A stretch of 61,659 bases of DNA, the filler included, from Squatina squatina (Eukaryota), in NCBI GenBank assembly GCA_031763465.1. It is 3 parts of 3 records of this genome, joined end to end, with 100 filler letters (N's around TTAATTAATTAA, not from the genome) between each part and the next. Parts side by side here need not be neighbours in the genome. Positions count along the whole stretch, not along the records: positions 1 to 15,405 come from JARFOE010000001.1; positions 15,506 to 38,007 come from JARFOE010000046.1; 1 more part is not named here. The stretch is one strand, 5' to 3'. This document shows, one piece after another, positions 13,885 through 26,159 of this stretch. A program made the position numbers and the translations under genes. Positions within the stretch are counted from its first letter, which is position 1; the number at the start of each line of letters is the position of its first letter. The notes under the pieces are model-generated. The model was not told where the DNA came from. It saw only the letters and a program-made list of their open reading frames with translations, and did no database searches.

Positions 13885-14279
13885 TGAAGGGGTAGCGTTG
13901 CTGGTTCAAGAGGAGATTAATGCAGTGGTGAGGAAGGATATTAGCTCAGATGGTGTGGAATCTGTATGGGTAGAGCTAAGACATACCAAGGGGCAGAAAA
14001 CGTTAGTGGCAGTTGTATACAGACCCCCAAACAGTAGTGGTGATTTTGGGGATGGCATTAAACAGGAAATTAGAAATGCGTGCAATAAGGGTACAGCTGT
14101 AATCATGGGTGACATTAATCTGCACATAGATTGGGCTAACCAAATTAGTAACAAGACTATGGAGGAGGAATTACGGGATGGTTTTCTGGACCAATACATT
14201 GAGGACCCACACTAGAGCAAGCCATCATAGACTGGGTTTTGTGTAATGAGAAAGGTTTAATTAGCAATCTTGTTGTGCG
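13885..14279 (+). mobile_element. CR1 LINE endonuclease fragment
   Basis: VESVWVELR...VVYRPPNS...IMGDINL, APE-endonuclease motifs. Confidence 0.85.
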
Positions 14280-14452
14280 NNNNNNNNNNNNNNNNNNNNN
14301 NNNNNNNNNNNNNNNNNNNNNNNNNNNNNNNNNNNNNNNNNNNNNNNNNNNNNNNNNNNNNNNNNNNNNNNNNNNNNNNACTTCATAAGCCTGTGTATTG
14401 AAGAAAAGGCTCCTTTTTAAAAACTGAAACCTTTTTTCCCTTTACCAATTAG

Positions 14453-14546
14453 GCAGGATTTACTTTAGGGATTATCTTGCTCATTTTAATGAGCATACTG
14501 ATGCTGTACTGTTGTTACCGAGTGCTGAAATCTCGACAGACAATAG
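14453..14546 (+). CDS. SLC38A9: SLC38A9 lysosomal amino-acid transporter, internal exon
   Basis: aattag|...G|gtgcgt, 94 nt, [31 protein letters not shown] (human [28 protein letters not shown]). Head-to-head with DDX4 as in human. Confidence 0.88.
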
Positions 14547-15405
14547 GTGCGTATTTTTATTATTTTGCAATAAACTTGTGCTATTTAATGCAGTAGAAGC
14601 AAATATTTGCAATGAGCTGCAGGGAAGCATATCTTGTAAGTAACTTTAGTTTGCAGTAAGGTTAATGTGCTTGCTAAATAGTGGTGACTTGTATATTATG
14701 TAATCATTACCATGTTTAATTTATCAAGTTGTCGAGCATGTGAGAAAACAGTCCCAAACTATCTCGTAATTACAAGTTTTTCAACTGAAATATTTTGAAA
14801 GAGAGATTGAAAGATACCTGAGGTGGGGGAATAATTAATTTTAAATAACTAATAAACAGTACTAACAGTATTGCATGTTTTAATACATTTGTAATCAAAA
14901 CTACTTCTAACCTGTTATAAAACAGCTTTCTGTGGGATTGTGAAAACACTTTGCCTTGCAAAATGAATTTGACCCTGTGCCTCAGCATTGGAAACACATA
15001 CCAGTTTGACTCCTTAGGATAGTTTTGGCTTCATTTAGAAATCTTTATTATTCCCCAAATAATTTTTACAAGGACTATGCTTTCAATTTGTCACACTGAA
15101 TTTTCAAGAAGTAGTCAGGCTTTTATACTAAGGAAAAAGAGAATATATTAAAGTAAACATGAATTTCTAAAAAGGTCGGGTGGCCAATTCATCCTTTTTA
15201 TTGGGTGTTAAACTAGCGTTAAATCAGCGTTAACGGCCTGACGCTGATTTTGGGCGCTAAATTTGCCGATGGGAAATTCATCCCCCCTTAACGCTGGTGC
15301 TAAATGGGCATTAAACCTTTAGGGCTAGAAACTCAGCGTTCAGCGTTAGATGCCGTCATCAGTAGGCGCAATGCCCAAAATGGCGACCTGTTGAAAAATT
15401 AGTTA

Positions 15406-15505
15406 NNNNNNNNNNNNNNNNNNNNNNNNNNNNNNNNNNNNNNNNNNNNTTAATTAATTAANNNNNNNNNNNNNNNNNNNNNNNNNNNNNNNNNNNNNNN
15501 NNNNN
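15406..15505. other. Artificial scaffold linker N44-TTAATTAATTAA-N44
   Basis: 12-mer with stop codons in all six frames at 15450-15461, centred in exactly 100 nt. Confidence 0.95.
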
Positions 15506-15732
15506 TTAGCGCCTAGGGCCACGTTTCTAGCGCTCCTGAGTTAACGCTCGTTTAGCACCGGTGCTAAACTTAGGCCAATTTCGCGATTTTCAATTTAGCG
15601 CCAAAAACGGGCATTACACCAGTTAGCGCTCGCGCTCGAGTGCCAATTGGCCGCCTTTTATCTTAAAACAAAATTAATTCTTCGCAGCCTTTAGACAAGC
15701 CTCAAAGAGGCAGCTAGGTATTGTGATGGGGA

Positions 15733-18700
15733 TTACCGTAGAGTGAGCGAGATGAGCCAAGTGGTTGCCTCCATCTGTCCTGAACTTTGTGAAATTATAA
15801 AAAGACCCGGGTCAGTGGCTTGCACGAGTTGATAGGAAATCCGTGCATTCTGTCCAGAATCAGCATCAGAAGCAATTATCTTCGTCACCAGAAATCCTGG
15901 ATCGGCAGATCTAGGCACAATTGTCCCGTTGTATTCCACTGCCCTATGCGGCGTGATTACAGGAGGGTTGTCATTCTGATCGAGGATAACAACATTTACA
16001 GTACAGTTACTGGAAAGCATTGGGAATCCCAAATCTTGAGCTTGAACTCGGAACGTAAAACTTTTAAGCTGCTCGTAATCAAATGACCGCTGCGAATAGA
16101 TTATGCCGTTTTCTGAGTTGATAGAAGCGTATGAAAACACTGGATCTCCCTGAACATTGCTTTCCAGAATTCTGTACGAAAGCTGGGAATTTTGCTCAGT
16201 GTCTGGGTCGAACGCTGTCACTGATCCAATAGAATTACCAGGTGAATTGTTCTCGGTCACGTAGACTGTGTGTGAAGTCTGTCTAAAGCTGGGCACGTTG
16301 TCATTTATATCTGAAATATGCACAATAATTGTTTTGTTCGTGGAGAGTGGAGGGCTTCCCTGGTCTTTGCACGTCACAGTCACTGCGTATTCAGCAGCTC
16401 GTTCACGATCCAGTATATCACTTATGATCAGCCGATATGAATTCCGAGATTCAGATCAAAGGGGACGCCTGGGGAGATCTGACAATCAGTACGCCCGTTT
16501 TCATTCGAATCCCGATCTATAACACTGACCAACGCTATCACTGTCCCACTGGGAGCGTCCTCACTGACTGTACTGGAAACTGATTTTAAGATCAAATCTG
16601 GGGCATTGTCATTAACATCTTTGATATCCACCCGAACGGTACAGTGTGCGGAAAGTGACTGTGCTCCACTGTCCTTATCTTCCACGTGAATTTCGTAAAC
16701 ATTTGTTTCTTCAAAATCCAATATTCCCTTTACTCTGATCTCTCCGGATTTAGGATTAATTCGAAATGCTTCATGCATTTTCTCCTCATTGTNNNNNNNN
16801 NNNNNNNNNNNNNNNNNNNNNNNNNNNNNNNNNNNNNNNNNNNNNNNNNNNNNNNNNNNNNNNNNNNNNNNNNNNNNNNNNNNNNNNNNNNNTTGGGAAG
16901 GTCTTTAAAGGCAGGAAGGAGGAAGAGAATTGGAGGGGTTCAAAGAAGAAGTTCCAGAGAGTACTCCCAGGACTCTGCTACTGATAATACAACAGAGGGA
17001 GGGGAAATGCCACTCATTGAAATAATTCAGTAGCCCGAAATTCAGTAGTTCCACATTCAGCCTCATCTTTTCTTAGCTCCACTTGCTTCAAGTGCCCCAG
17101 CAAGCTGACTTCAAAATTCTCATCCTTGTTTCCAAATTTTTCATAGCCTCACCCCACCCTACTTTGGTGATCTCCTCCTGCTTTACATCCTGCAAATGCT
17201 CCCCCTCCTCTCCTCTGACAATGGGCTTCTCCTTGTCCCCTATTGCCTCCAGTCAAGCGTCCCGTTTTTGTGTTGCAGTTTCTATGTAATTCTAAGCAAG
17301 TTGTTGTTGTTTTAGTTTACGATCATAGAAATTAGAAAAGTTAGAGTTCAGACAAAGGTGAATCGAAATGTCCAAGGCAACAATTTAATATTAGTACAGA
17401 CTGAGATGTATGAAAATATCATGCAGGTTCACTTTTTTAAAAAAATCAGCTGCTCCACAGAATATTGATCACTGGTTTCATGTATATGTATTAAAGTCAA
17501 GCAGCGGGGAGCAAAGGTAGTGGAAGGCAAGATAACACAGCACCAGATGGGATATAAGCTGTCAGTCAGCATAGTGTTTTGGAATCATGTGTAACTAGGA
17601 CACCTTACTGGTGTTTGGAAACATTTGTTTGAGGGGTTCAAGATCTATATGCTTATCTTGTTGAAACCTGCAACAGCAAAGTCTATCAACCACGCCCTGG
17701 AGCAGTATCGTTGCCACCTCTCAGAGATAGCGCTAAGTCCTAAAAGATGTTGAATTATCTTGAGGTGGGTGGCAGATCCTATTATGTACTCTACCCCATC
17801 TACCCCTCCGTCTCATACTTATAAAACTCAAGCTTAGTTTTTACCTGACCACAGCTTCTAAAATTATTTCATCATCTTTCCTACTTTTGTCGAGGTTGGT
17901 GCTGTCCTACACTCTGGACAATGGCAGTTCACCTAAGTTTTTGAATAATAACTATAATAATAATAATAATACTTACACACAAAGTCTATGGCAGCCCATA
18001 GTAGGCTTGTGCACTTAACTTTTTTTTTTTTTTTCTATTACTTGTTTGTTTATTTTTCTGAAAGACAATGATTGTGAAACTTTAAAATCTTTTAAAACAC
18101 ACATCTCTCTAGTTCCAAATAATTTTAATCACCAAAGTGCCTGCTGGAGCATCTTCCATTAAGCTAACAGCGTACAAGGACTGTTGGAAAACTGGTGCAT
18201 TGTCATTAGTGTCCAAGACAATGATAATTACCTGAGCAGTACCTGACCTCTCGGGGACTCCGCCGTCAACAGCAGTGAGCAAGAAACGGTGTGGTAATTG
18301 TTTTTCTCGGTCGAGAGACTTTTTCACCACCAGTTCGGGTAATTTCCATTTTCCAAGAGTCTGTACATCTAAGACGAAGTATTCATTTGGAGTGAGTTGA
18401 TACATTCGAACAGCATTGCTTCCTGCATCAGGATCCTGTGCGGCCTCTAAAATAAACCGGGTTCCAGGTGTCACCGACTCCGCAATTTCCAAACGGATTT
18501 CTCTGTTCGAGAAACTCGGAGAGTTATCGTTTATATCCAGAATCTCGACCTCGGCATCATACTGTTCCACAGGCGCATCAATTTCGAGTTTCAAAGGCAA
18601 TAAACAGGTGAGGCTGTGCCCACAGAGCACCTCCCTGTCAATTCTTTTATTCACAAATAAGATTCCATTCTGGAGAGTGATACCGAAATCTTGTAATGGT

Positions 18701-18942
18701 GCTTGGGAAACGATCCTGAATCTGCGAATTGATAGTTCCTCTGAATTTAATCCCAAATCTTTTGCGATTTTCCCAACCACCGCACCGTGTTCCAATTCTT
18801 CTGGAATGGAATAACGAGTCTGCCCGGAAACCAAATTCCAGACACAAAGCAGCAAAATGGACGGTATCGCTTTCTTTCTGAACAAAAATAACCCGCCTGT
18901 ATGTGTCATTTCCTTTTCAGGGATGTGTTTTTCGACTCCCAT
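15733..18942 (-). pseudogene. Clustered protocadherin variable exon, disrupted (5' part 18109-18942, 3' part 15733-16792)
   Basis: Signal peptide, EC1 and EC2, then homology stops at GTLVIKI (~18120). It resumes in mid-EC3 below 16792, frameshifts at ~16450 and loses homology in EC6 (~15775) with no transmembrane segment. Joining the two parts is inferred across a gap. Confidence 0.65.
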
Positions 18943-19130
18943 TCCTTCTTCTGTCCGTTAACAGCAATTATTCCATCCCAAGTAAGTCATAGAATGGAGG
19001 AGATAGGATAAAAAGCGAGGAGACCTTCTCAGGAGATAGCTCGGGGCATTCATTCAAACGTAAATAATCAGCCTGCTTTCGTCCCTCAGTGTTGGGGGAT
19101 GGGTGGTGGATCTCTAGCTAAATTTCTTCC

Positions 19131-19180
19131 CCTTATTGGTAGACAGCGACACAAAGAGTCTTTGCCTATAACTACACTGA
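19131..19180 (-). promoter_or_regulatory. Protocadherin promoter CSE (CTCF site, CGCT box) with CCAAT box
   Basis: Minus strand TGTAGTTATAGGCAAAGACTCTTTGTGTCGCTGTCTACCAAT, ~200 nt upstream of the ATG; repeated before three other exons. Confidence 0.85.
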
Positions 19181-19758
19181 AGTTATATTAAAGCTAGCCT
19201 TCATAGAAATTGTGGAGGTCTCAGCTTTCTGGCTATCAATAAAATAATTTCAGAATGTACCTAGGATNNNNNNNNNNNNNNNNNNNNNNNNNNNNNNNNN
19301 NNNNNNNNNNNNNNNNNNNNNNNNNNNNNNNNNNNNNNNNNNNNNNNNNNNNNNNNNNNNNNNNNNNTTCTAGTATTTTTCTTTAAATTGCCTCAGTTGA
19401 AAGTGGGTTAAATTTTAAAGAAATCAAAACTATTCTCTTGGAAAATAAAGCATGGGGTACCGAGGTGGATCAGCAACTGGTCGTTACGGTCTGCTTCCGA
19501 TGCTCCTCGAGTGGCTGTACGTTCCCACCATATTTATATGCAGTTATTTGTTTTACTTCACTATGTATTACTCACCTCATTGGGTTTATCAGGCCAGTCA
19601 TTGGTTACTTTTCCATCACGTTCCGAAGCAGCTATTCTGGTTATCCTCCCATTAGTTCCTAGACTGAGTGGTGTGCNNNNNNNNNNTGATTATAGCATTA
19701 GAGACAACTCTTAGTGAGTTAAAGAATAAATCTTGTTGGTTATGTAAAATAGAGCCCT

Positions 19759-22136
19759 TCAAGCATAACAAATCAAAAAGTGAAAGGGTATAATAAATGA
19801 AACTTCATAGTGGTATGTATCTGAAAGGCTTCCATTTCCTCGTACCTCTAGGACATTTGCAACTAATGTAGGATCCGGCACAATCTGCAGGTTGACGTTC
19901 GAATTTTGGAATCTGTCCTTGGATTCCAGCTCACGGACGCAGCAACACTTCTCAATGGAACAACTCCCAGCATAAGCAGGACTTCTGTTAATTGGCCAAG
20001 TAGCGACAACAAGGGCAATTATAACAATTAGAAACGTGCACGATATCACTCCCAAAGTAATTACTATATAAAAGGCGACATCCGAAGAGTGTTGTAAATC
20101 CTTATGCGGCTCACCAAAGTCTGAGCGAATTTCTGCGTTCTGTTCGCCTACTGCAAGCGTAATTGTAGCCGTGGCTGTGAGGGGTGGATGTCCATTGTCT
20201 CTCACTTGCATAACGAGCCTTTGTGTGGTGGCATCGCTGCCCTTAAAATGACGAGCAGTTCTCAATTCGCCTGAATTGTGTGAAACTGTAAACAGACTGG
20301 GGTCAGTGGCTCGCATAATCTGAAAGAAAAGCCGTGCGTTCTGACCAGAATCAGCATCGGAAGCAATTATCTTGGTCGCCAGGTATCCCGGATCTGCAGA
20401 TCGAGGCACAACTATCTTAATGTGGTCCATAGACCGCGGTGATGTTATGACAGGGGGATTGTCATTCTGATCAAGGACAATCACGTTCACACCAACTTTC
20501 TTGGATTGTAATGGAATGCCACCATCTTGAGCTTGAATATGGACCTGAAAACGTTTAACTTGCTCGTAATCAAATGTCCGCTGCGAATAGATAACACCAT
20601 TTTCAGAATTGATGGAGATAAATGAAGTCAAAGACGTCCCCTGAAGCTGGCTCTCCACAATAGAATAAGAAAGGCGCGAATTCTGGTCCAGGTCAGCGTC
20701 GAAAGCTGTCACTGTCCCAATGGAGCTACCGGGTGCATTGTTTTCCATTACATAAAATGTGTATGAGGATAGAGGAAAGCTAGGTGCGTTGTCGTTTATA
20801 TCTGTAATGTGCACATCTATGGTTTTGTTGGTGGTCAGAGGAGGAGACCCCCTGTCCTTGCACGTAACCATTATGCTATATTCAGGGGAACTTTCCCGGT
20901 CCAGTAGATCATTTGACACCAACATATATGAATTCTTAAAAGACGACTTGAGAACAAACGGGACGTTGGTCGAAATTTGGCAATCAACGTGTCCGTTTTC
21001 GAGGGAATCCCTGTCTCTCACATTGATTAAAGCTAACAATGTTCCAGTCGAAGCATCCTCACGTNNNNNNNNNNNNNNNNNNNNNNNNNNNNNNNNNNNN
21101 NNNNNNNNNNNNNNNNNNNNNNNNNNNNNNNNNNNNNNNNNNNNNNNNNNNNNNNNNNNNNNNNNNNNNNNNNNNNNNNNNNNNNNNNNNNNNNNNNNNN
21201 NNNNNNNNNNNNNNNNNNNNNNNNNNNNNNNNNNNNNNNNNNNNNNNNNNNNNNNNNNNNNNNNNNNNNNNNNNNNNNNNNNNNNNNNNNNNNNNNNNNN
21301 NNNNNNNNNNNNNNNNNNNNNNNNNNNNNNNNNNNNNNNNNNNNNNNNNNNNNNNNNNNNNNNNNNNNNNNNNNNNNNNNNNNNNNNNNNNNNNNNNNNN
21401 NNNNNNNNNNNNNNNNNNNNNNNNNNNNNNNNNNNNNNNNNNNNNNNNNNNNNNNNNNNNNNNNNNNNNNNNNNNNNNNNNNNNNNNNNNNNNNNNNNNN
21501 NNNNNNNNNNNNNNNNNNNNNNNNNNNNNNNNNNNNNNNNNNNNNNNNNNNNNNNNNNNNNNNNNNNNNNNNNNNNNNNNNNNNNNNNTCTACATCTAAA
21601 CCAAAATGTTTATTTGGAGTGAGCTGGTATGTGCGGATCGAATTGTTTCCTCCGTCGGGATCGTGCGCGCGCTCTAAGTGAAAGCGCGCCCCAGGCATCG
21701 CTGACTCTGCAATTTCCAACCGAATTTCACTATTTGGAAAACTGGGAGAATTATCATTAAGATCTAGAATCTCAACGTCCACACGGTACTGCTCCACAGG
21801 GTTTTCAACTACCGCTTCCAAAGGCAGTAAACAGGTAACACTCTGTCCACATAGTTGTTCCCTGTCTATTCTTTCATTCACAAATAAGATTCCATTCTTT
21901 AGATTAACATCTAAATACTGTCTTGGTGAATCAGAAACAAACCTGAATCTACGGCGTGATAGTTCCTCCACGCTCAATCCCAAATCTTCTGCGATTTTTC
22001 CGACGAAGGCACCGTGTTCCTGTTCTTCGGGAATGGAGTAACGAATCTGTCCCGAAACCAGATTCCAGGCACAAAGCAGGAAGATGGACGGTATCGCTGG
22101 CATTCTCAGCACCCAACCACTGTCTGATTGTGACAT
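19759..22136 (-). CDS. Clustered protocadherin variable exon (internal gap 21065-21588)
   Basis: Signal peptide, QIRYSIPEE, LDRE/DxNDN cadherin motifs, transmembrane segment (FYIVITLGVISCTFLIVIIALVV) and variable cytoplasmic tail. Confidence 0.9.
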
Positions 22137-22356
22137 TGCTTTGGCAGGGTAAATTTTTCGAAGCCCATAAATCTTCCAGTTGATTAATCTCGTGACTTAC
22201 ATCTCCAGTAAATGATATAATTCAGGAGACGGTTTGGATTGCTAGGAGAGCGGCCGACGAGATGTTTCGTTTGGTTCACGTAAGCGCCAGCAATGCGTCT
22301 GTTTCCTCCCCCTGGTGTGGGGGGATGGGTGGTGGATCTCTGGCTCGATTTCATCA

Positions 22357-22406
22357 CCTTATTGGTAGACCGCGACACAAAGTGTCTCAGCCTATAACTA
22401 CACTGA
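22357..22406 (-). promoter_or_regulatory. Protocadherin promoter CSE with CCAAT box (variant CGCG core)
   Basis: Minus strand TGTAGTTATAGGCTGAGACACTTTGTGTCGCGGTCTACCAAT. Confidence 0.8.
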
Positions 22407-22811
22407 GATCACAGAAAAAACAGACTTTATTGAAAATGTCTATATGAATTTTGTTGTAACTGGATGTCCCTCATCTTTGTATTTTCCAAAGTGACAACGA
22501 ATCCAACTCGTATTCCGCAGTTATATTTATAACAACTTTTGACTGTATAAAATAAGTCATATGTCCACGGACAGACTGTTCCGTAGACACTGTGGTTTAA
22601 TCATTTCTACGCAACTACAAGATTGTAAATAAAATGGGGCATATCGAGAATAATTCAGTGTTGATGAACATATACTTAGGAATTCACAAGGTCCGGCGAA
22701 AAATACACTGCNNNNNNNNNNNNNNNNNNNNNNNNNNNNNNNNNNNNNNNNNNNNNNNNNNNNNNNNNNNNNNNNNNNNNNNNNNNNNNNNNNNNNNNNN
22801 NNNNNNNNNNN

Positions 22812-25041
22812 TGTTAATATGGGGATTTGTAAATTCATCATTCTTGCTGTTTCGTCTTAAGTAGCAACAATTTGTGAGATAACCGCCACGGTCCGTGTGG
22901 CACATTACGGCAATAAGAACAATTACACCAATCATAAGAAGGAATGTGATTGCACCTAAAGCACTTATTATATAAAAGGCCAGACCTGACGAATCCCCCC
23001 GAGATTTGGGCACGCTGCTCAGGTCAGACTGCCCTTCTGCATTACTATCCGTTATGGAGAGTTCGATAGTTGCAGAGGCTGATAATGCTGGGTGCCCATT
23101 ATCTTGCACAATGACAACAAGGGTCCGGACTGAAAAATCCTGGCTTCCAAATCGGCGAATTGTTCTGACTTCCCCAGAACTCAGCCCAGCAGTGAAAAAC
23201 CCTGGGTTTGTATCTTGAACCAGCCGGTATGAAAGGCGTGCATTCTGTCCTGAATCAGCGTCCGTTGCGATTATCTTGGTAACCAGATGGCCTGGATCTG
23301 CAGATCGTGGAACCTTTATCTGAGGGCCGTTCCTTGGCAACCGGGGCAAGATTACAGGTGCATTGTCATTCTGATCCAGGATAATCAGGTTTACTATAAT
23401 ATTGGCGCTCAGTGATGGAAATCCACCATCTTGGGCCTGTACTTGGAACTGAATGTTTTTAATCTGCTCATAGTCGAAAGAACGCTGTGCGTAAATGGTA
23501 CCGTTTTCTGAACTAATAGAAACGTATGATAAAACAGGAACNNNNNNNNNNNNNNNNNNNNNNNNNNNNNNNNNNNNNNNNNNNNNNNNNNNNNNNNNNN
23601 NNNNNNNNNNNNNNNNNNNNNNNNNNNNNNNNNNNNNNNNNNNNNNNNNNNNNNNNNNNNNNNNNNNNNNNNNNNNNNNNNNNNNNNNNNNNNNNNNNNN
23701 NNNNNNNNNNNNNNNNNNNNNNNNNNNNNNNNNNNNNNNNNNNNNNNNNNNNNNNNNNNNNNNNNNNNNNNNNNNNNNNNNNNNNNNNNNNNNNNNNNNN
23801 NNNNNNNNNNNNNNNNNNNNNNNNNNNNNNNNNNNNNNNNNNNNNNNNNNNNNNNNNNNNNNNNNNNNNNNNNNNNNNNNNNNNNNNNNNNNNNNNNNNN
23901 NNNNNNNNNNNNNNNNNNNNNNNNNNNNNNNNNNNNNNNNNNNNNNNNNNNNNNNNNNNNNNNNNNNNNNNNNNNNNNNNNNNNNNNNNNNNNNNNNNNN
24001 NNNNNNNNNNNNNNNNNNNNNNNNNNNNNNNNNNNNNNNNNNNNNNNNNNNNNNNNNNNNNNNNNNNNNNNNNNNNNNNNNNNNNNNNNNNNNNNNNNNN
24101 NNNNNNNNNNNNNNNNNNNNNNNNNNNNNNNNNNNNNNNNNNNNNNNNNNNNNNNNNNNNNNNNNNNNNNNNNNNNNNNNNNNNNNNNNNNNNNNNNNNN
24201 NNNNNNNNNNNNNNNNNNNNNNNNNNNNNNNNNNNNNNNNNNNNNNNNNNNNNNNNNNNNNNNNNNNNNNNNNNNNNNNNNNNNNNNNNNNNNNNNNNNN
24301 NNNNNNNNNNNNNNNNNNNNNNNNNNNNNNNNNNNNNNNNNNNNNNNNNNNNNNNNNNNNNNNNNNNNNNNNNNNNNNNNNNNNNNNNNNNNNNNNNNNN
24401 NNNNNNNNNNNNNNNNNNNNNNNNNNNNNNNNNNNNNNNNNNNNNNNNNNNNNNNNNNNNNNNNNNNNNNNNNNNNNNNNNNNNNNNNNNNNNNNNNNNN
24501 NNNNNNNNNNNNNNNNNNNNNNNNNNNNNNNNNNGGTACGTATTGAATTGACGCCAACGTCAGGATCATGCGCGCCTTCCAACGGGAAGCGGGTTCCTGG
24601 TGAGGCTGATTCAAAAATGTCTAAATAAATCTCACGATTAGGGAAACGGGGGGAATGGTCATTTACATCCTGAATTTCGACCTCAGCACGATACAAATTC
24701 ACAGGGTTTTCAGTAACTACCTCCAATGGAATAACGCAATCAGGACTCTCTCCGCAGAGCTGCTCCCGATCTATTCTTTTGTTCACAGAAAGAATTCCGT
24801 TGCTCAGATTCACTTCGAAATACTGTATACGTGGGCCTGAGACGATTCGTAATCTACGATCTGACAGTTCTTTAAATTCTAAACCCAAATCTTTCGCGAT
24901 ATTCCCAACGAATGCACCGTACTCCAGTTCTTCAGGAATCGAATACCGGACCTGCCCAGAAACTAGATGCCAGATACAAAACAGGAAAATGGACGGCAGA
25001 CCGGCTTTTCTCATGGTGCGCTGTCGCTCTGAATTTAACAT
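22812..25041 (-). CDS. Clustered protocadherin variable exon (gap 23542-24534; 3' end in gap)
   Basis: QVRYSIPEE start of EC1, EC5/EC6 motifs (DADSGQNARL) and transmembrane segment FYIISALGAITFLLMIGVIVLIAV. Confidence 0.9.
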
Positions 25042-25236
25042 TCTTGCATGTTAGATACTTTCGATAAGTACCCAGACATTTGTATCCACAAAGTGAAAAT
25101 CCCTTTTAGCACCGTGCTCCTGCAGCCTAGAGCAGTAATGGTGTGTTGGCTCCGCGATGTGAATACAAGAAAAACATGTACGCGTCATCTTCCCTTTGTT
25201 GGGGGTGGGTAGTGGATCTCCAGCTTCGTTTCAATC

Positions 25237-25286
25237 CCTTATTGGTAGACAGCGACACAAAGTGTCTAGGCCCATAATTACAGTGA
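25237..25286 (-). promoter_or_regulatory. Protocadherin promoter CSE with CCAAT box
   Basis: Minus strand TGTAATTATGGGCCTAGACACTTTGTGTCGCTGTCTACCAAT. Confidence 0.85.
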
Positions 25287-25879
25287 GGCCTTCTTAAAGC
25301 AACATGTTATCAAAAGGAACATGTCGTCGAAAAGTATTATTAATTTTATTATTTGGCTACCCAATTACTGCAGTAAATCCAAAAAATTAACAGCATTATA
25401 AGATAGCATAAAATCAATTAACTCTACCTATACAACAGAAATTGTTTGAATTGTTACCAATCCCGCATGTTTCCATAACTCAAGAAGGTAACGTAACAGC
25501 AAATTATTTGGACCTACGCCAAAGATATTTTCAAACATATGTTTTTATTGGAATATAAGCTTTTCCACTTTTCTACTGGTTCTGACTTCTTGAAAATTGT
25601 AAAATATAATCTGTTCTTGATTCCCAGATTACACACATGTATGTTCGGGTCAATTGAATTTAATCAGTCAGGACAGCGAATTAGTTTTGTACAGTTATAC
25701 CATTCAAGCTTTTCTGATATAGTAAACACATGATGGCCCCCACCGCCAGGTGATATANNNNNNNNNNNNNNNNNNNNNNNNNNNNNNNNNNNNNNNNNNN
25801 NNNNNNNNNNNNNNNNNNNNNNNNNNNNNNNNNNNNNNNNNNNNNNNNNNNNNNNNNCCACCCCCGCCCCTTTGCCTGT

Positions 25880-26018
25880 CAGTGCTTTAAAACTTGCCGT
25901 ATTTCTGTTTTTTTCAGTTCTGACGAAGGGTCATCGACCCGAAACGTTGACTCTGTTTTTCCTCTCCACAGATGCTGCCTGACCTGCTGAGTTTTTCCAG
26001 CAATTTTTGTTTATTGTT
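25880..26018 (+). mobile_element. Penelope-like terminal-repeat fragment
   Basis: ctgacgaagggtcatcgacccgaaacgttgactctg...ctctccacagatgctgcctgacctgctgag, homologous to the element end at 2330-2410. Confidence 0.7.
25916..25952 (+). ncRNA. Minimal type I hammerhead ribozyme-like motif
   Basis: AGTT-CTGACGA-A-GGGTC-ATC-GACCC-GAAAC-GTT-GACT: both core boxes, 5-bp stem II, palindromic AACGTT and a short stem I. Confidence 0.6.
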
Positions 26019-26159
26019 TGTCACCTGGAGTGGGACTTGAACCCACAATTTTCTAATTCAGATGTGAAAGCGCAACCCACTGAGCCACAGCTGCCAATTT
26101 GTTGTAGTTCTTTTCTCGAGGAGGGGCAATGTCCATCTTTCGCACAATAAATGTGTTTC

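Noticed and set aside
13560-13900. Possible further SLC38A9 or DDX4 exons
   Set aside because: Only chance partial matches, with no consistent frame and splice sites.
20759-24628. Long ORFs made mostly of X
   Set aside because: They read through N gaps or are antisense shadows of protocadherin exons.
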